Source: a virus
DNA length: 64,000 nucleotides
Strand: one strand, 5' to 3'
IMG/VR virus record: IMGVR_UViG_3300032163_000005
Coordinates: 30,024-94,023 of that record
This document shows, piece by piece, positions 10,306 through 20,616 of this stretch; position 1 is the stretch's first letter; each line of letters begins with the position of its first letter. The position numbers were made by a program, and so were the translations under genes. The notes under the pieces were generated by a model. That model made no database searches and was not told the origin of the DNA. It saw only the letters and a list, made by a program, of their open reading frames with translations.

Positions 10306-11604
10306 CTAGAGCGAACTGGGGTGATTGCCGAGTGCTGGGATGATGAGCACAGCACCAGGCAGAAATGATGGCTGGTAAAGCGGAAGCTTGTTCGCTCGAA
10401 GGATGTCGGATCCGTGGTCGGGCGTCTTGTAATACTGAATCGAGACCTTCTGAGGTGTGTCGCCTTCATGGCAAACATGGACGCCGAGAACCTGTCCCGC
10501 CCGCGTCGTTTGCGACTCTTGGACCGAGATGACGGGAGCTCCTCCACGCTGCACGAGTGGAGCTCGAAGACGAAGCGCCAGATCTCGCGAAGATTCGGCT
10601 GTGAGTCGTGCTTGCTCGGCAACAGACGCGAAATAACGATTCGCTCGAAGCAGTGATGCCACGCGCGTCTTGTTGGCTTGAACCTCGGGTGGTTGTCGCC
10701 CAAGCGTATCGATCAAGTTGATCGCGATGGACTGCGTGTTTTTCGCAAGATTGATGAAGCTGCCCGTGATGGCCGCTGGCTGCGTTCGAAACGTGTTGAT
10801 GACTGAGCCAAGCTGTTTGATCTGCGAGACGTTCTGTTGGATCTGCCGATTGAACGAATTGACGGCTTGAAGTGGTGCGTTGGCGAGGGCTTCGAATTGC
10901 CCAAGCGAGAATTTGACTGCGCTTTTTCGAACGTCTTTTTTCGCCTTCACGATCGATGACTCAAGCGCGAAATTGATGCCTGCTGCGTTCACAAGAAGTG
11001 CGTTCGAGGCTGCATCGAGATCTTCATCCGATCGAACGCTGACCACGCGGTCTTGAGTGCCGCCACGTGATGCCCAGTTGAATTCAACAGTCCATCCAAT
11101 GTCCGTGTGACGGATGAATGAAAAGTGCGCGTTCTTGATCAGGCCTTCGCGAAGGATCTGCGTGTTCTTGAGTTGAGAAAACCCGCTTGCGCTGTTTCCT
11201 TGGCCTTCGTTCGCATTGACAGACCACGTCACGCGAAGCCGAATACCTGAACGACCAATGAGCTCGAACGCCTCTCGGAGGCCTTGTGGATCGATGATTG
11301 AAACTTCGGCGCCTTGATCGTTGGTGAACCGACATGGGGTTCTGCTGAGACGCGTACGACGCCAATCGCCTTGCCACGTGGAAGGGAGCTCGCGTGGTCC
11401 TAGGTTTTGCTGCGTCGCCTCAACGGGGTTACCTGGATACCATGTGGTGATGACGTTGTTTTCGAAGGCCCACTCCGAGCCCATGAAAGGAAGCCCCGAT
11501 CCCAAGAGCACGATGCGACGTGGCTTCTTTCCCGGTCCTGCAGGACCAGTCTCCTCGATGATCAACGTAGAGTCGTAACCGAGGGTTGTTGGATCGAAGG
11601 GCAC
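10306..11604 (-). CDS. tail initiator protein with C-terminal LysM/gpX-like domain
   Basis: C-terminal EGDTPQKVSIQYY......ILRANKL.....PG.VLIIP. Confidence 0.75.
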   Translation of the reverse strand: MPFDPTTLGYDSTLIIEETGPAGPGKKPRRIVLLGSGLPFMGSEWAFENNVITTWYPGNPVEATQQNLGPRELPSTWQGDWRRTRLSRTPCRFTNDQGAEVSIIDPQGLREAFELIGRSGIRLRVTWSVNANEGQGNSASGFSQLKNTQILREGLIKNAHFSFIRHTDIGWTVEFNWASRGGTQDRVVSVRSDEDLDAASNALLVNAAGINFALESSIVKAKKDVRKSAVKFSLGQFEALANAPLQAVNSFNRQIQQNVSQIKQLGSVINTFRTQPAAITGSFINLAKNTQSIAINLIDTLGRQPPEVQANKTRVASLLRANRYFASVAEQARLTAESSRDLALRLRAPLVQRGGAPVISVQESQTTRAGQVLGVHVCHEGDTPQKVSIQYYKTPDHGSDILRANKLPLYQPSFLPGAVLIIPALGNHPSSL

Positions 11605-11607
11605 GAA

Positions 11608-11814
11608 TCACGCTCCGCGTTCCAACATACTCCGCGCCCACAACTTGAGGGGGTTGGGCTTGCCGCCCTTCACGTTGGGCGCATCCTGACCGGAAGGTGA
11701 GAGGCTTTCGGATTCGTCCTCCAAATCGCTTGGAGAGACGTCTTCATCGAGGGGTTGTCGCGCTCCGCTACGGGGGTTCAGAGCCGTTTTGCCGATCATG
11801 GTGGGCATTGCCAT
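11608..11814 (-). CDS. small protein with C-terminal PLKLWA motif
   Basis: 68-aa ORF between tape measure and LysM genes. Confidence 0.6.
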   Translation of the reverse strand: MAMPTMIGKTALNPRSGARQPLDEDVSPSDLEDESESLSPSGQDAPNVKGGKPNPLKLWARSMLERGA

Positions 11815-11835
11815 ACCCCAAAGCTATCACGTGCC

Positions 11836-13653
11836 CTATGTTGACGTGCGCGCTCCCAGTCGGGCAAGACCGTGTTGCGCGATATCGGTTCGGAACACGA
11901 TGGCCACACGCTCTGGATCTTCGTCTTTGAAATCCTGATTCACATTGATCGAGCCTGTGAAGGTCTGATTGATGTTGGGAGTTTTTCCGATGGGAAGTTT
12001 TGCCTTGGTCGCTTCCGTGCGGCTCGTTTCAACCTGTTCGGCGATGTTGCTCAAACCAAGGGAATTAAGCTTGGCGATGAACGCATCAAGACCTCCCTTG
12101 ACAACATTGTCGCCGCCTTTGACCAATGCATCTTTGAGCTTTTCGCTTCCGTCCAGAAATGTTGCAGCCGCTTTCATGGATTCCGCATCATTGAAGCCGG
12201 ATGCTTCCTCCCATGCTTTGGAAAATGCTGTTGCATTGCCGCCGATCGCCGCACGAGCTTGGGCATTAACGTCTTCCATAATCATCGCGTGATTTTTCAT
12301 CGCGAATTGCATGTCCTTGTCGAAGTCTTCGAGAGCTCCACCTGCATCTGCATAGGCAGCGCGCGCAGATACAACTCCCGCTTTTTTCTCAAACCCAACG
12401 GCACCCTCTTTTGAGCGTACCCCTGCCATCGCAGCTTCTTTGCCTTTGGATAGTGCCTCTTGTTGTGCAGCGGCCTTCCCACCCTCTCCGAGCTTCGAAG
12501 CCTTATCAATCACCGATCCCAAAAAACTGCCCGCTTGCTGAACGCCTTTCACGGTCAGCAACATCACGTCTTTCATGGCCCTAGCAACATCTCTAAAAGA
12601 TTTCGCAAGAAGACCGCGATTGTCATAGATGTATTGAAACGTTGTTCGAAGATCGGCCATTGGTCCTGTCGTGGCGTTCATTTCAATCGCCATACTTTTC
12701 GCGATGCCCATGAGCTCGTCAACAAATGGACCTGCAGCTTTGACTCCGAGAGCCATCGTGTTACCGAAATTCACCGCAATGCTTCCAAGAAGCGCGTGAT
12801 TGTCCTGCAACCATCCATGAACTTTGCCCATAACCGGACCGATGGCTTTGACAATCGGAGCGCCTGCAGCCGCGGCTAGCCGATCAACGAAGAGCTCCAT
12901 TCCCTTGGTCATCTCTCCAATACCAAGAGGAACATCCTTCATCTTTTTACCCATTGCAGCGACAGCCTTTTCCGCCAACTTCATCTGAGCTTCTGGCGAC
13001 ATCTTTTGCATCTGTTGCGCGACAGATTTGGCGTTGCCCTTGAGGAGATGAGTTGCTGAAATCATTCCGACGATTGGATTTTTCGCACGGATGATTCCCA
13101 TCTCAATGGCTTCGAAAGCTTCGGAGATTCCCTCGGCGCCTTGTGGAATGGCGCGACCTGCCGACGCCATGGCTTCTGTGAGCTCGACCGCTTGATCAAT
13201 GGTCTTTCCACCACGTTCAATCACGTTAGTAAATGTCGCCATCATCGCATCTCGAGTTTGTCCCGATGCAAAGGCAACGCTCTCGAGTTGATCTTGAAGA
13301 TCGCCAGCAACGTCCTTCATGTCTTTGAAGGACGTTCCGGACTCATCAAGCAAAGTCAACGTTCCGGCAAGCGCTTTGACTTGAGCAGCGCTCTCCATGT
13401 ACGCGCTTGCAGCGCCAGTCGCGGCACCGATCATTACTGAGCCAGCGGCTACCGCTGCACCTGCGGCAACACCTAATCCGAGCTTCGCGGCGTCACCAAC
13501 TCCACCCCAAATCTTTTTTCCTTCGAGAACGCCGCCATGCCATTTCTTCTGGCTCTTGTTGACATTGGAGATTCCATCTCTGAGCTTTTCAGTCTCCTTC
13601 TTTGCATTGGAGTCAATGACGAGCCGAACGTGAACTTCTGCAGCTTCAGTCAT
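11836..13653 (-). CDS. tape measure protein
   Basis: 605 aa, Ala/Gly/Met-rich helical sequence, follows the tail chaperones. Confidence 0.85.
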   Translation of the reverse strand: MTEAAEVHVRLVIDSNAKKETEKLRDGISNVNKSQKKWHGGVLEGKKIWGGVGDAAKLGLGVAAGAAVAAGSVMIGAATGAASAYMESAAQVKALAGTLTLLDESGTSFKDMKDVAGDLQDQLESVAFASGQTRDAMMATFTNVIERGGKTIDQAVELTEAMASAGRAIPQGAEGISEAFEAIEMGIIRAKNPIVGMISATHLLKGNAKSVAQQMQKMSPEAQMKLAEKAVAAMGKKMKDVPLGIGEMTKGMELFVDRLAAAAGAPIVKAIGPVMGKVHGWLQDNHALLGSIAVNFGNTMALGVKAAGPFVDELMGIAKSMAIEMNATTGPMADLRTTFQYIYDNRGLLAKSFRDVARAMKDVMLLTVKGVQQAGSFLGSVIDKASKLGEGGKAAAQQEALSKGKEAAMAGVRSKEGAVGFEKKAGVVSARAAYADAGGALEDFDKDMQFAMKNHAMIMEDVNAQARAAIGGNATAFSKAWEEASGFNDAESMKAAATFLDGSEKLKDALVKGGDNVVKGGLDAFIAKLNSLGLSNIAEQVETSRTEATKAKLPIGKTPNINQTFTGSINVNQDFKDEDPERVAIVFRTDIAQHGLARLGARTST

Positions 13654-13943
13654 CGCTCCTCCATCAATACATTCTCTTCAGAGACCAATTTCGCAATGAA
13701 ATTCGTTGCCTCAATGAGATCGGTGACTGGGAGATTAGCCCACTGCGTCCACGATTGTCTGCCGTAGCGCGCGCAAAACGCTTTCTGTTTCCTACGTGTA
13801 TTCAAAAGCGCAACGGGATCGATTGCGACTCGCAAATGCCACGACGCATCACTCCACGACTCACACCACGCACCAAAAACAGGCGATGAAAGAAGATCGC
13901 GCTTAGTTACTCGGCCGGCATTGAGATCGTTGAAGTGATGCAA
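13650..13943 (-). CDS. tail assembly chaperone, -1 frameshift extension (gpGT-like)
   Basis: In the -1 frame relative to 13907..14428, no good start of its own, abuts the tape measure gene. Confidence 0.75.
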   Translation of the reverse strand: MHHFNDLNAGRVTKRDLLSSPVFGAWCESWSDASWHLRVAIDPVALLNTRRKQKAFCARYGRQSWTQWANLPVTDLIEATNFIAKLVSEENVLMEER

Positions 13944-14428
13944 TTGGAGAAAAAATCAAGTTGATCATCATCGGGCAACGTGTGGGCCTTGATGTAGTAA
14001 TGAATGACGAGCTTTCTACACGCGCTTCCAATTTCATCCCAGAATGCGCTGATGTTCGCACCCATACCAGGGGTCATGGTCCAATTGACACGCTGCCCAT
14101 CGATGTAGCGAATGCATTGCTTCGCCATCTCGTGAACCATACGACGATCATCTCCACGTGCACGTTGCGCCGCTTGATGCTCTTCGAGCTCCGTGAGTTG
14201 CCAACACACAATTTGGCGTTCACCCTTTTCAGGAGCAAGTGTCCATGAAGGACGAAATCGCATGATGACGATCTTCCGACCTGGTGGCGCTTTCATCTGA
14301 GCAGGTGTGACAAACCACTCAGGTATGACGTTACTCGTATCTTTCGTTAGAGCGGTTCCCATCCGTTCGAGAGGCGATTCCTCTTCCGGCATGTCCGCTT
14401 GCCCGTTCTCTTCGACTTGTTCGACCAT
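13907..14428 (-). CDS. tail assembly chaperone (gpG-like)
   Basis: Between tube and tape measure; contains in-frame GAT TTT TTC near its end. Confidence 0.8.
   Translation of the reverse strand: MVEQVEENGQADMPEEESPLERMGTALTKDTSNVIPEWFVTPAQMKAPPGRKIVIMRFRPSWTLAPEKGERQIVCWQLTELEEHQAAQRARGDDRRMVHEMAKQCIRYIDGQRVNWTMTPGMGANISAFWDEIGSACRKLVIHYYIKAHTLPDDDQLDFFSNCITSTISMPAE
13949..13955 (-). other. -1 programmed frameshift slippery heptamer T TTT TTC
   Basis: In frame; a -1 slip joins the downstream ORF (..DFFLQLHHFND..). Confidence 0.8.
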
Positions 14429-14548
14429 GAGTCCCTCCGTAGCGAAGGAACCTTATCATGCACGTTTTCGATGAGGGCCTTTCTTCCGAATGGGCTGCGT
14501 GAACGCTCGTTCGATTAACCAACCAACAGCACTCGGTTGGGTTGTTGA

Positions 14549-14989
14549 CTAACTAGAAGTGGCTATGGCCCTTTCACATTCGAAGTCGAGCTTGACCGAG
14601 ACGTACTCGGCGCGATCCGGGAAGTCGTGTGGAATCTCCCCAAACTTCACGTCCGCAAACAAGAAGGTCGGCGTCTGTCCGTTTGGGAACGAGAGGACCG
14701 ACGTGATGTTGAAGATGACGTCGGGTGTGTTTCGTTGCGCTCGATCAAGGATCGCTTGCTCGAATGCGATGAATTCTTGGTTATGGAGGTGAAGCTCCAT
14801 CGAACCCTTCACGCCCTTGTAGATCTCATCTTTGCGTTCTGACTTCTCACCAAGGTAACCCTGAGACTGAATCTCGAGTTGATGTGCGAAGTTGAAGTTT
14901 CGAACATCCACGAGTGAGGCTTCGAGAGCCCCATCTCGAACGATGAGCACAGAAGTTTCTTGTCCTCGAATCCTACTCTCAGCAGCCAT
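14549..14989 (-). CDS. tail tube protein
   Basis: 146 aa, beta-rich, immediately after the sheath gene. Confidence 0.85.
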   Translation of the reverse strand: MAAESRIRGQETSVLIVRDGALEASLVDVRNFNFAHQLEIQSQGYLGEKSERKDEIYKGVKGSMELHLHNQEFIAFEQAILDRAQRNTPDVIFNITSVLSFPNGQTPTFLFADVKFGEIPHDFPDRAEYVSVKLDFECERAIATSS

Positions 14990-15036
14990 TGATGACCTCT
15001 TATCCTCGGTTCTAGTGCATCTACAACACTAGATGA

Positions 15037-17613
15037 TTAGGCCGCTTGGGGCAGTTGTTCTGTGACCGTGACCGATTCACCAATCTGCGTCTCGAGCACG
15101 AGTGCATCGATGGATGAGAGCGTCCTCACCTTGATGATGAGTCGGAATATGCCGAGCGCCAACGTGTCTGGCGTGTTGCCGCTCTTGGGATCAAGCGTGT
15201 AGCCCGCAATCCGTTGAAACGCCGGATTGTTTGCCGAGAGCAAGCTGTCGAGGAACCCACGAAACTCCGACGTGATGGCTTGGCGCCTTTGGAAGGTGTT
15301 GAGCTTCTTTCCGAATGCTCGGCCCCTTCGTGCAAGCGTGTCCTGGATGAAATCTGCCATACGACGACGCGCGATGTTGCGGAGCTGAGGGAAGGTTCCC
15401 GGATCAACACTCGTGACGCCGCTCTGGAAGATGAGAACGCCATCATCAATGCGTGGTGCACAGATACCGTTTGCTCGGAACAGCTTGTAGTCGTCCACCG
15501 TGTAGTTGGCTGCGTTGGACGAGCTCTCGAGCGCAACAACCGCCGAGGTGAACGATGTGAGCTGGCCGGGGTTCTCTTCCGGCGCGAGCTGACTAAGGAT
15601 CGACGCAAGGAAGCCGTCTGAACCGAGGTCCACAAGACCATCAGCAGTGAAGCCTGCACCACCGCTGAGACCCCGCCGCGCGATAAGCGGAACGAGGGAT
15701 CGGACGCCTGGATACGTGTAAACAACACGTTGATCGCGATACGCGCCCACGCCCGGTTCCGCCACACGCGAGAGTGCTTGCGCTCGAGATGTCCCAAGTG
15801 GTGGTCGGACCATTCCCATTCGCCCAAAGAGATTGCTCGATGCGCTGAGCACATTCTCTCGAACCTTGCGACGAAGCGCGTTCGACTGACGTGCGCTGTA
15901 GATGATGTTCGCTTCGCGTGAAGGCTGTTGTGGATCAAGCGTGGCATCTAGAGCCGTCGCGTACTGCGAATCGATGGCCGCTTCGGAGAGCGCCGCGGTG
16001 ATGAGTTGCGGATTGACGACGTCGAAGCTCCCGAGGTCGGGTGGTTGATCCACCACAACGATGGTGCCTGCTGTTCCTGAAAGCCCCGATCCATCATCGA
16101 GTGCATGACGAACCTTGACCGAGAACGGTCCGGCATTCGCGGTGTAGACCGATCCGATGAGCGTCGGAGCATCGAACCGAAGCGTTTGCATCGTGACGAA
16201 GACGCGCGTGTTGAGCGCATTACGAACGACCGTTCCCGCGGGAATGTTGCCCGCCACGATCGCTGGAACGCTGATGGTCTGAACGATGAGCCCAAGGTCA
16301 GAGAGGACCGAAGCGGGAGCTCCGACCACGCGAACCTGTCCGCCATTCTTCCGACCGCGGAGAAGCATGTGAGTGGCATCGAGCGATGTTGCCATCGTGA
16401 AGCCCGCCGCCGTGTTGATGTTCGCGATGACGGTTGCTTGGGATTGCGCCGCTGCGATCGTCACGTTGAAGTTGGCTTCATCATCCACGCCAAGCGAGAG
16501 CACACCCGTTCCAACAGTCGGGAATGTCTGCGCTGTTGATCGAAGGTTTGCGATGCCATCGTTCGATCCTTCTTGCGTGGCAACGAATCCAAGAGCCGTC
16601 GCTGTCGTGGCCGGTCCCACTTCGATGTAGTCGCCCGAGGCCACGAAGTTTTTGCTGACGCGAAGACGGCCCGAGGAATCTTGTTCGACGGTCGTTCCTG
16701 TGATCGCTGCCTCAACGATCACCTTGATCTCATTGAAGACGACTGCATCGATGTCCGACACATTGCCTGTGCCTGCGGTCGTGGCGAGCGTGAGATTGAG
16801 CGCTGTGAGAACGCTGGCCGTGCCTGCGACGATGCGCACTTGACTGCCCGTTCCGCGCCGAATGGCCGTGAACGTGATGATGTTGCCGCCACCATCCGAC
16901 GCAAACGTGAAGCCTGCATACGCGTTAATGCGCGCGATGACCTGCAGTTTTGTCTGATCCGCTGCGAGAAACGTCACGATGAAGTTGGCCGCCGAGTCGT
17001 ACCCGAGCGTGAGTGTTTCACCACCCGTGAAGAGTGTTGGGTAGACGCCCGCACCGCTGTTGACCGTTGCAGCCGTCGCGCTGAATGTCGCGCTCACTGG
17101 GCCAGCGCCAATGTCGAGAGCAAGAACTTGCGCGGGTTCGAGGTTGTACGCGAACGATGCAAGCCCTGTTACGAACGCGCGTCGTTGAAACTCGACAGCT
17201 CCCACACTCGTGTCCACGCGAAGACAGAGGAGCCTCTTGAACTTCTTTCCGTTGAGCTGAACGAACGCATTGCCGTTCCAGAATTCATCAACAAGAGCTC
17301 CGTCTACGCGACGCTTCCGCGCTGATGGGTTGTTGCCTGGTACACCGCCGTAACGGTATCCGAGCTCCCCAAGGGAGTTGACGAAGTCGGTCGTCCCTGT
17401 TGGTTCGACCATGCGGACGTTGTTGTCCATCCCGTTGGCGTTCCCGCCCGTCGCAAACTCGCCATCTTCGTACTCGCCAGCACAAATGACGGTCCCCGTT
17501 CCGACGCCGGAGATGGACGCAGGAGGGTCCAAATCCAGAATATTTACGGACTCAATTTCGAGAAAGACCTCGTTTCCTGGGTCCGAAAGGAACCTTCTTA
17601 AAAAAACACTCAT
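15037..17613 (-). CDS. tail sheath protein
   Basis: C-terminal GI......G....SGVT.....RNIARRRMADFI sheath motif; 858 aa with inserted domains. Confidence 0.9.
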   Translation of the reverse strand: MSVFLRRFLSDPGNEVFLEIESVNILDLDPPASISGVGTGTVICAGEYEDGEFATGGNANGMDNNVRMVEPTGTTDFVNSLGELGYRYGGVPGNNPSARKRRVDGALVDEFWNGNAFVQLNGKKFKRLLCLRVDTSVGAVEFQRRAFVTGLASFAYNLEPAQVLALDIGAGPVSATFSATAATVNSGAGVYPTLFTGGETLTLGYDSAANFIVTFLAADQTKLQVIARINAYAGFTFASDGGGNIITFTAIRRGTGSQVRIVAGTASVLTALNLTLATTAGTGNVSDIDAVVFNEIKVIVEAAITGTTVEQDSSGRLRVSKNFVASGDYIEVGPATTATALGFVATQEGSNDGIANLRSTAQTFPTVGTGVLSLGVDDEANFNVTIAAAQSQATVIANINTAAGFTMATSLDATHMLLRGRKNGGQVRVVGAPASVLSDLGLIVQTISVPAIVAGNIPAGTVVRNALNTRVFVTMQTLRFDAPTLIGSVYTANAGPFSVKVRHALDDGSGLSGTAGTIVVVDQPPDLGSFDVVNPQLITAALSEAAIDSQYATALDATLDPQQPSREANIIYSARQSNALRRKVRENVLSASSNLFGRMGMVRPPLGTSRAQALSRVAEPGVGAYRDQRVVYTYPGVRSLVPLIARRGLSGGAGFTADGLVDLGSDGFLASILSQLAPEENPGQLTSFTSAVVALESSSNAANYTVDDYKLFRANGICAPRIDDGVLIFQSGVTSVDPGTFPQLRNIARRRMADFIQDTLARRGRAFGKKLNTFQRRQAITSEFRGFLDSLLSANNPAFQRIAGYTLDPKSGNTPDTLALGIFRLIIKVRTLSSIDALVLETQIGESVTVTEQLPQAA

Positions 17614-17630
17614 GTGGATCTCTCCCTAGA

Positions 17631-17651
17631 CGACGAAACGCGGTTTCGTCG
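17631..17651. promoter_or_regulatory. perfect 9-bp stem hairpin just upstream of the sheath RBS
   Basis: CGACGAAAC-GCG-GTTTCGTCG. Confidence 0.45.
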
Positions 17652-17695
17652 AAAGGTACACGTGCTTGGGGGATTGCGGCAATGATCGCGATTCG

Positions 17696-18535
17696 TCACT
17701 CCGAATCCCGCGGTCCGAATGGATCGCAGGGATCGGGAACGAACGGTTTTTCAGCGTCAATCAAGAGCTGAATGCGCGGATCAGTGGGTTGTGGGTCTTG
17801 GAGCTGAATGAGGTCGTTCGTCTGCGGATCAGCATCCACTGCAACTTCGGCCTGAACGGTGACCGGTAGATAGTTGACCAAGCTCACGAGCGTGAACCGC
17901 ATGTCGAGCGTGAGTCTGGCGCGTCGTCGGTTCAGAACATTGTCCGGTTCATCGAAGAGCTCGCGCTGTTCGAGCGAGAACGAAACGAGCTGATTGAAGT
18001 AGTCGGGCACTCGAAACCGAAGGGCGTAGCTCTGCTCAGATGGTGAGAACGCCGCTTCGAGTCCAGCGAGGATGGCGCGTCGTTCCGCCTTTTTTGCACA
18101 CCAAATCTCGATGACGAGATTCTCTATGTACTCGGATTGCCACTGAATTACGGTGCCTTTGGCATAGACATCGCGCGAGTCTTCTTGCAGGTAAGTGGAG
18201 AATCCGATCGTCTCGTACGCAACCGGCACGTTGCCCGAGATGAACGCGATGGATGGGAATCGAAGGTCCGACTCGTTGTCTGGCCACTCGATGTGGATGT
18301 CATCGAGTGGGATCTGAAAGTCGATGGGAGCTCCGCGCTTCTTCGTGGTGCGGTCAACGTCACCTTCACGGAAGAATGTGAGCTCGGAGATGTAGCGTGC
18401 GAGGATGCGAAGACATGCTGTGCGACCATCGGCCGCGGGTGGGGGCGGATTGGGCTTGGGCGGAAATCCGACAGCTCCCCAAGGAGTACCTTGAAAGAGC
18501 TTCAGAAGGCCGTCTGAGAGCTTGGGGATGCCCAT
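17696..18535 (-). CDS. tail terminator/completion protein (putative)
   Basis: FPSIAF and L.IEIW motifs; position before sheath. Confidence 0.6.
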   Translation of the reverse strand: MGIPKLSDGLLKLFQGTPWGAVGFPPKPNPPPPAADGRTACLRILARYISELTFFREGDVDRTTKKRGAPIDFQIPLDDIHIEWPDNESDLRFPSIAFISGNVPVAYETIGFSTYLQEDSRDVYAKGTVIQWQSEYIENLVIEIWCAKKAERRAILAGLEAAFSPSEQSYALRFRVPDYFNQLVSFSLEQRELFDEPDNVLNRRRARLTLDMRFTLVSLVNYLPVTVQAEVAVDADPQTNDLIQLQDPQPTDPRIQLLIDAEKPFVPDPCDPFGPRDSE

Positions 18536-19071
18536 TACTTGAAGCTCTTTCCAAGAGCTCGTTGGAGCTCCTTCTTGAGGTAGCCTTCAAGACCTTGAAG
18601 CCCCTGCTCGAGGATCCGAAGCCCGCCTTTGCCACCTGCCGATCCGCGATTGAAGATGCCCTTTTTCCTCATGCTATGCGCGATGGCGAATGCAACGCCA
18701 CGAGCGGCGTCAGTCGCGCGTTTACCCTTACCTCCAACCAACCCCTTTCGCTTGGCCCATTTCGCGAGCGCATCGATCATCACGCGACCTGGTTTGACGT
18801 TGGCTGCGCGTACGCCGCCCTCGATAAGCGGCGCTTGTACTGACGCGTTGATGATGTCCGCACCTCGTTTGGTAGACCGAACACGCCACGCTGCGCGATA
18901 GATGCCGCGATCTACAGGTGGAGGTTTTTGCGCGGGGATGAGTCGTACCTGTATGTCTTGAACGATGTGAAGAGCTGCAGCATGGATGGCAGTGTGTGCG
19001 GCTTTCTCAAACCCCTTCGTGATGTGGATTTGAATCTGCCCTGCTTCGTTGCTCTCGAACCGCTTGGACAT
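18535..19071 (-). CDS. neck protein (HK97 gp10-like)
   Basis: PPVDRG.YRAAW, A..IE.G, L.KWAKRK, AFAIA.S..KKG motifs. Confidence 0.75.
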   Translation of the reverse strand: MSKRFESNEAGQIQIHITKGFEKAAHTAIHAAALHIVQDIQVRLIPAQKPPPVDRGIYRAAWRVRSTKRGADIINASVQAPLIEGGVRAANVKPGRVMIDALAKWAKRKGLVGGKGKRATDAARGVAFAIAHSMRKKGIFNRGSAGGKGGLRILEQGLQGLEGYLKKELQRALGKSFK

Positions 19072-19102
19072 GGTTCAGAGCATAGCGCGGCATCAATGGG
19101 AT

Positions 19103-19747
19103 ATGAGCAAACGAGAATGTCCGGTTTGCCTTCGCATTCGGCGAGCATGCATTTGTCGTTCAACGCGCTGTGAAGACTGCAACCTTCCCAACCGTGAGTG
19201 TTGGTGCCGTCACTTCGATCCCAACACCAAAATTCTGACATTTGAAGAGTCGGAGAAATTCCCTGCGTTGATCCGAGATTTGTCGGTCATTCAGGTTCAA
19301 CAAATCTCCGATGCTCTCGATCACCATCTCGAGCGCATTCTTGGTCCCGACGTCCGAGGAGCGTGCACCTACGCATACGATGTCGATGGCAACATCACGT
19401 TGCTTTGCTTGTTCTGGATCCAGTGGACTCAATCAGCTTCATCGGTAGAGAACGAGCGAACACTCTCAGTGACTCCCAAAGTTTGGCAAGATCGCAAAGA
19501 GATCATGCAAAAGGAAGGTGTTTCCTACCAACAATCCGCAGGGATCCCATCCGGTGTGCGTGGGTTTTTCGCGCGATCCGTTTTGGGAATCATCGAGAAA
19601 TTCGATGTCACGAATCTCAAACCAACATCGTTCCAAGAGTTGATCGATCTTCTACACGTCCTATACGACGCTTGCGAAGAGACCAAATTCATCGGGCACT
19701 GGCAGGACTCTGTGTTCTCGATTGAAACTGACTGGCATGAGGTCTAG
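19103..19747 (+). CDS. opposite-strand inserted gene with Cys-rich N-terminus
   Basis: CPVC..C.C..C.DC..C.C.H then globular region; fills the gap in the minus-strand operon. Confidence 0.6.
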   Translation: MSKRECPVCLRIRRACICRSTRCEDCNLPNRECWCRHFDPNTKILTFEESEKFPALIRDLSVIQVQQISDALDHHLERILGPDVRGACTYAYDVDGNITLLCLFWIQWTQSASSVENERTLSVTPKVWQDRKEIMQKEGVSYQQSAGIPSGVRGFFARSVLGIIEKFDVTNLKPTSFQELIDLLHVLYDACEETKFIGHWQDSVFSIETDWHEV

Positions 19748-19896
19748 CGCGGCGGATGGATACTCCGCTCGACGACGCTCTTCTCACCCGTCTTCGGATC
19801 GGTTCGTTGCTCGATGACCACGATGGGTGTCTTCGGCTTTGTCTTGATAAAGGCCGGCCGCCGACCTCGACCCCGAATCTCAATCTCACGTCTCAT
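19744..19896 (-). CDS. 50-aa basic protein (not in ORF track)
   Basis: MRREIEIRGRG...SIHPPR, ATGA overlap with the upstream gene. Confidence 0.5.
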   Translation of the reverse strand: MRREIEIRGRGRRPAFIKTKPKTPIVVIEQRTDPKTGEKSVVERSIHPPR

Positions 19897-20192
19897 TGAT
19901 CACCCTTCGGTTGCCACCAATCGGAACAATACGTTGTCGGAGACGCAGGGAGCTCCGCGCCGCCATTCCACTGTTGGAAGTTGGGCTCGTTACACGTTCC
20001 CTGTTCCCCATCAATCGCCACGAACCGACAATTGGAACATGACGATCCGCCTTCTGGGACGTTCATTCCGGGAAGGTGCCCTGCGGGAAGTGTGGCGGTT
20101 CCAAGGTTGACATCTTGTGCCAAAGGAAGACGCGCCTTTGAGTCTTGTGGTCCGCCCACCACCGACGACGCCCATTGCCGAATATCAGGCAT
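19893..20192 (-). CDS. HiPIP-like four-Cys protein with N-terminal DIRQWA motif
   Basis: CSNCRF..x..C...YCSDW pattern. Confidence 0.6.
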   Translation of the reverse strand: MPDIRQWASSVVGGPQDSKARLPLAQDVNLGTATLPAGHLPGMNVPEGGSSCSNCRFVAIDGEQGTCNEPNFQQWNGGAELPASPTTYCSDWWQPKGDQ

Positions 20193-20616
20193 TGCTCACG
20201 CTTTCATCGTACTGCCGTCGATGCATCCCATCCCACGGGCCATTCGATGTTGGGGTGTTGGCAACATACGCCGGAACAGACAATCCTTCACGTTGATACG
20301 CGAGTGCTCGATGATGCCCATCCACTACCGTCACTGTTTTCGCGTTCGGCTTCTGAATGAGGATGATCGGCTTTCTCCAACCATTCCGAATCTTCATCTG
20401 AAACGACTCGACACGCGATGGTTCTTTGGTCGCTGTCCAACTCTCGCGATCGGAGAAGTCGATGTCCGAAAGAGGCACGTTCGTTGGCCCTTTCCACGGC
20501 ACCGATCGCACCCATGAGCGAGCTTCGGGCGGATAGTCTTCAGCCAGCTCGACATAGAGCTTCTCACCAATCGCGTTGGTCTTGGCCGTTGCCCACTTTT
20601 TCAGATCAGATGCCAT
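20185..20616 (-). CDS. ParB/Srx-like domain protein with N-terminal DLKKWA motif
   Basis: PIIL......VVDGHHRALA. Confidence 0.75.
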   Translation of the reverse strand: MASDLKKWATAKTNAIGEKLYVELAEDYPPEARSWVRSVPWKGPTNVPLSDIDFSDRESWTATKEPSRVESFQMKIRNGWRKPIILIQKPNAKTVTVVDGHHRALAYQREGLSVPAYVANTPTSNGPWDGMHRRQYDESVSNA

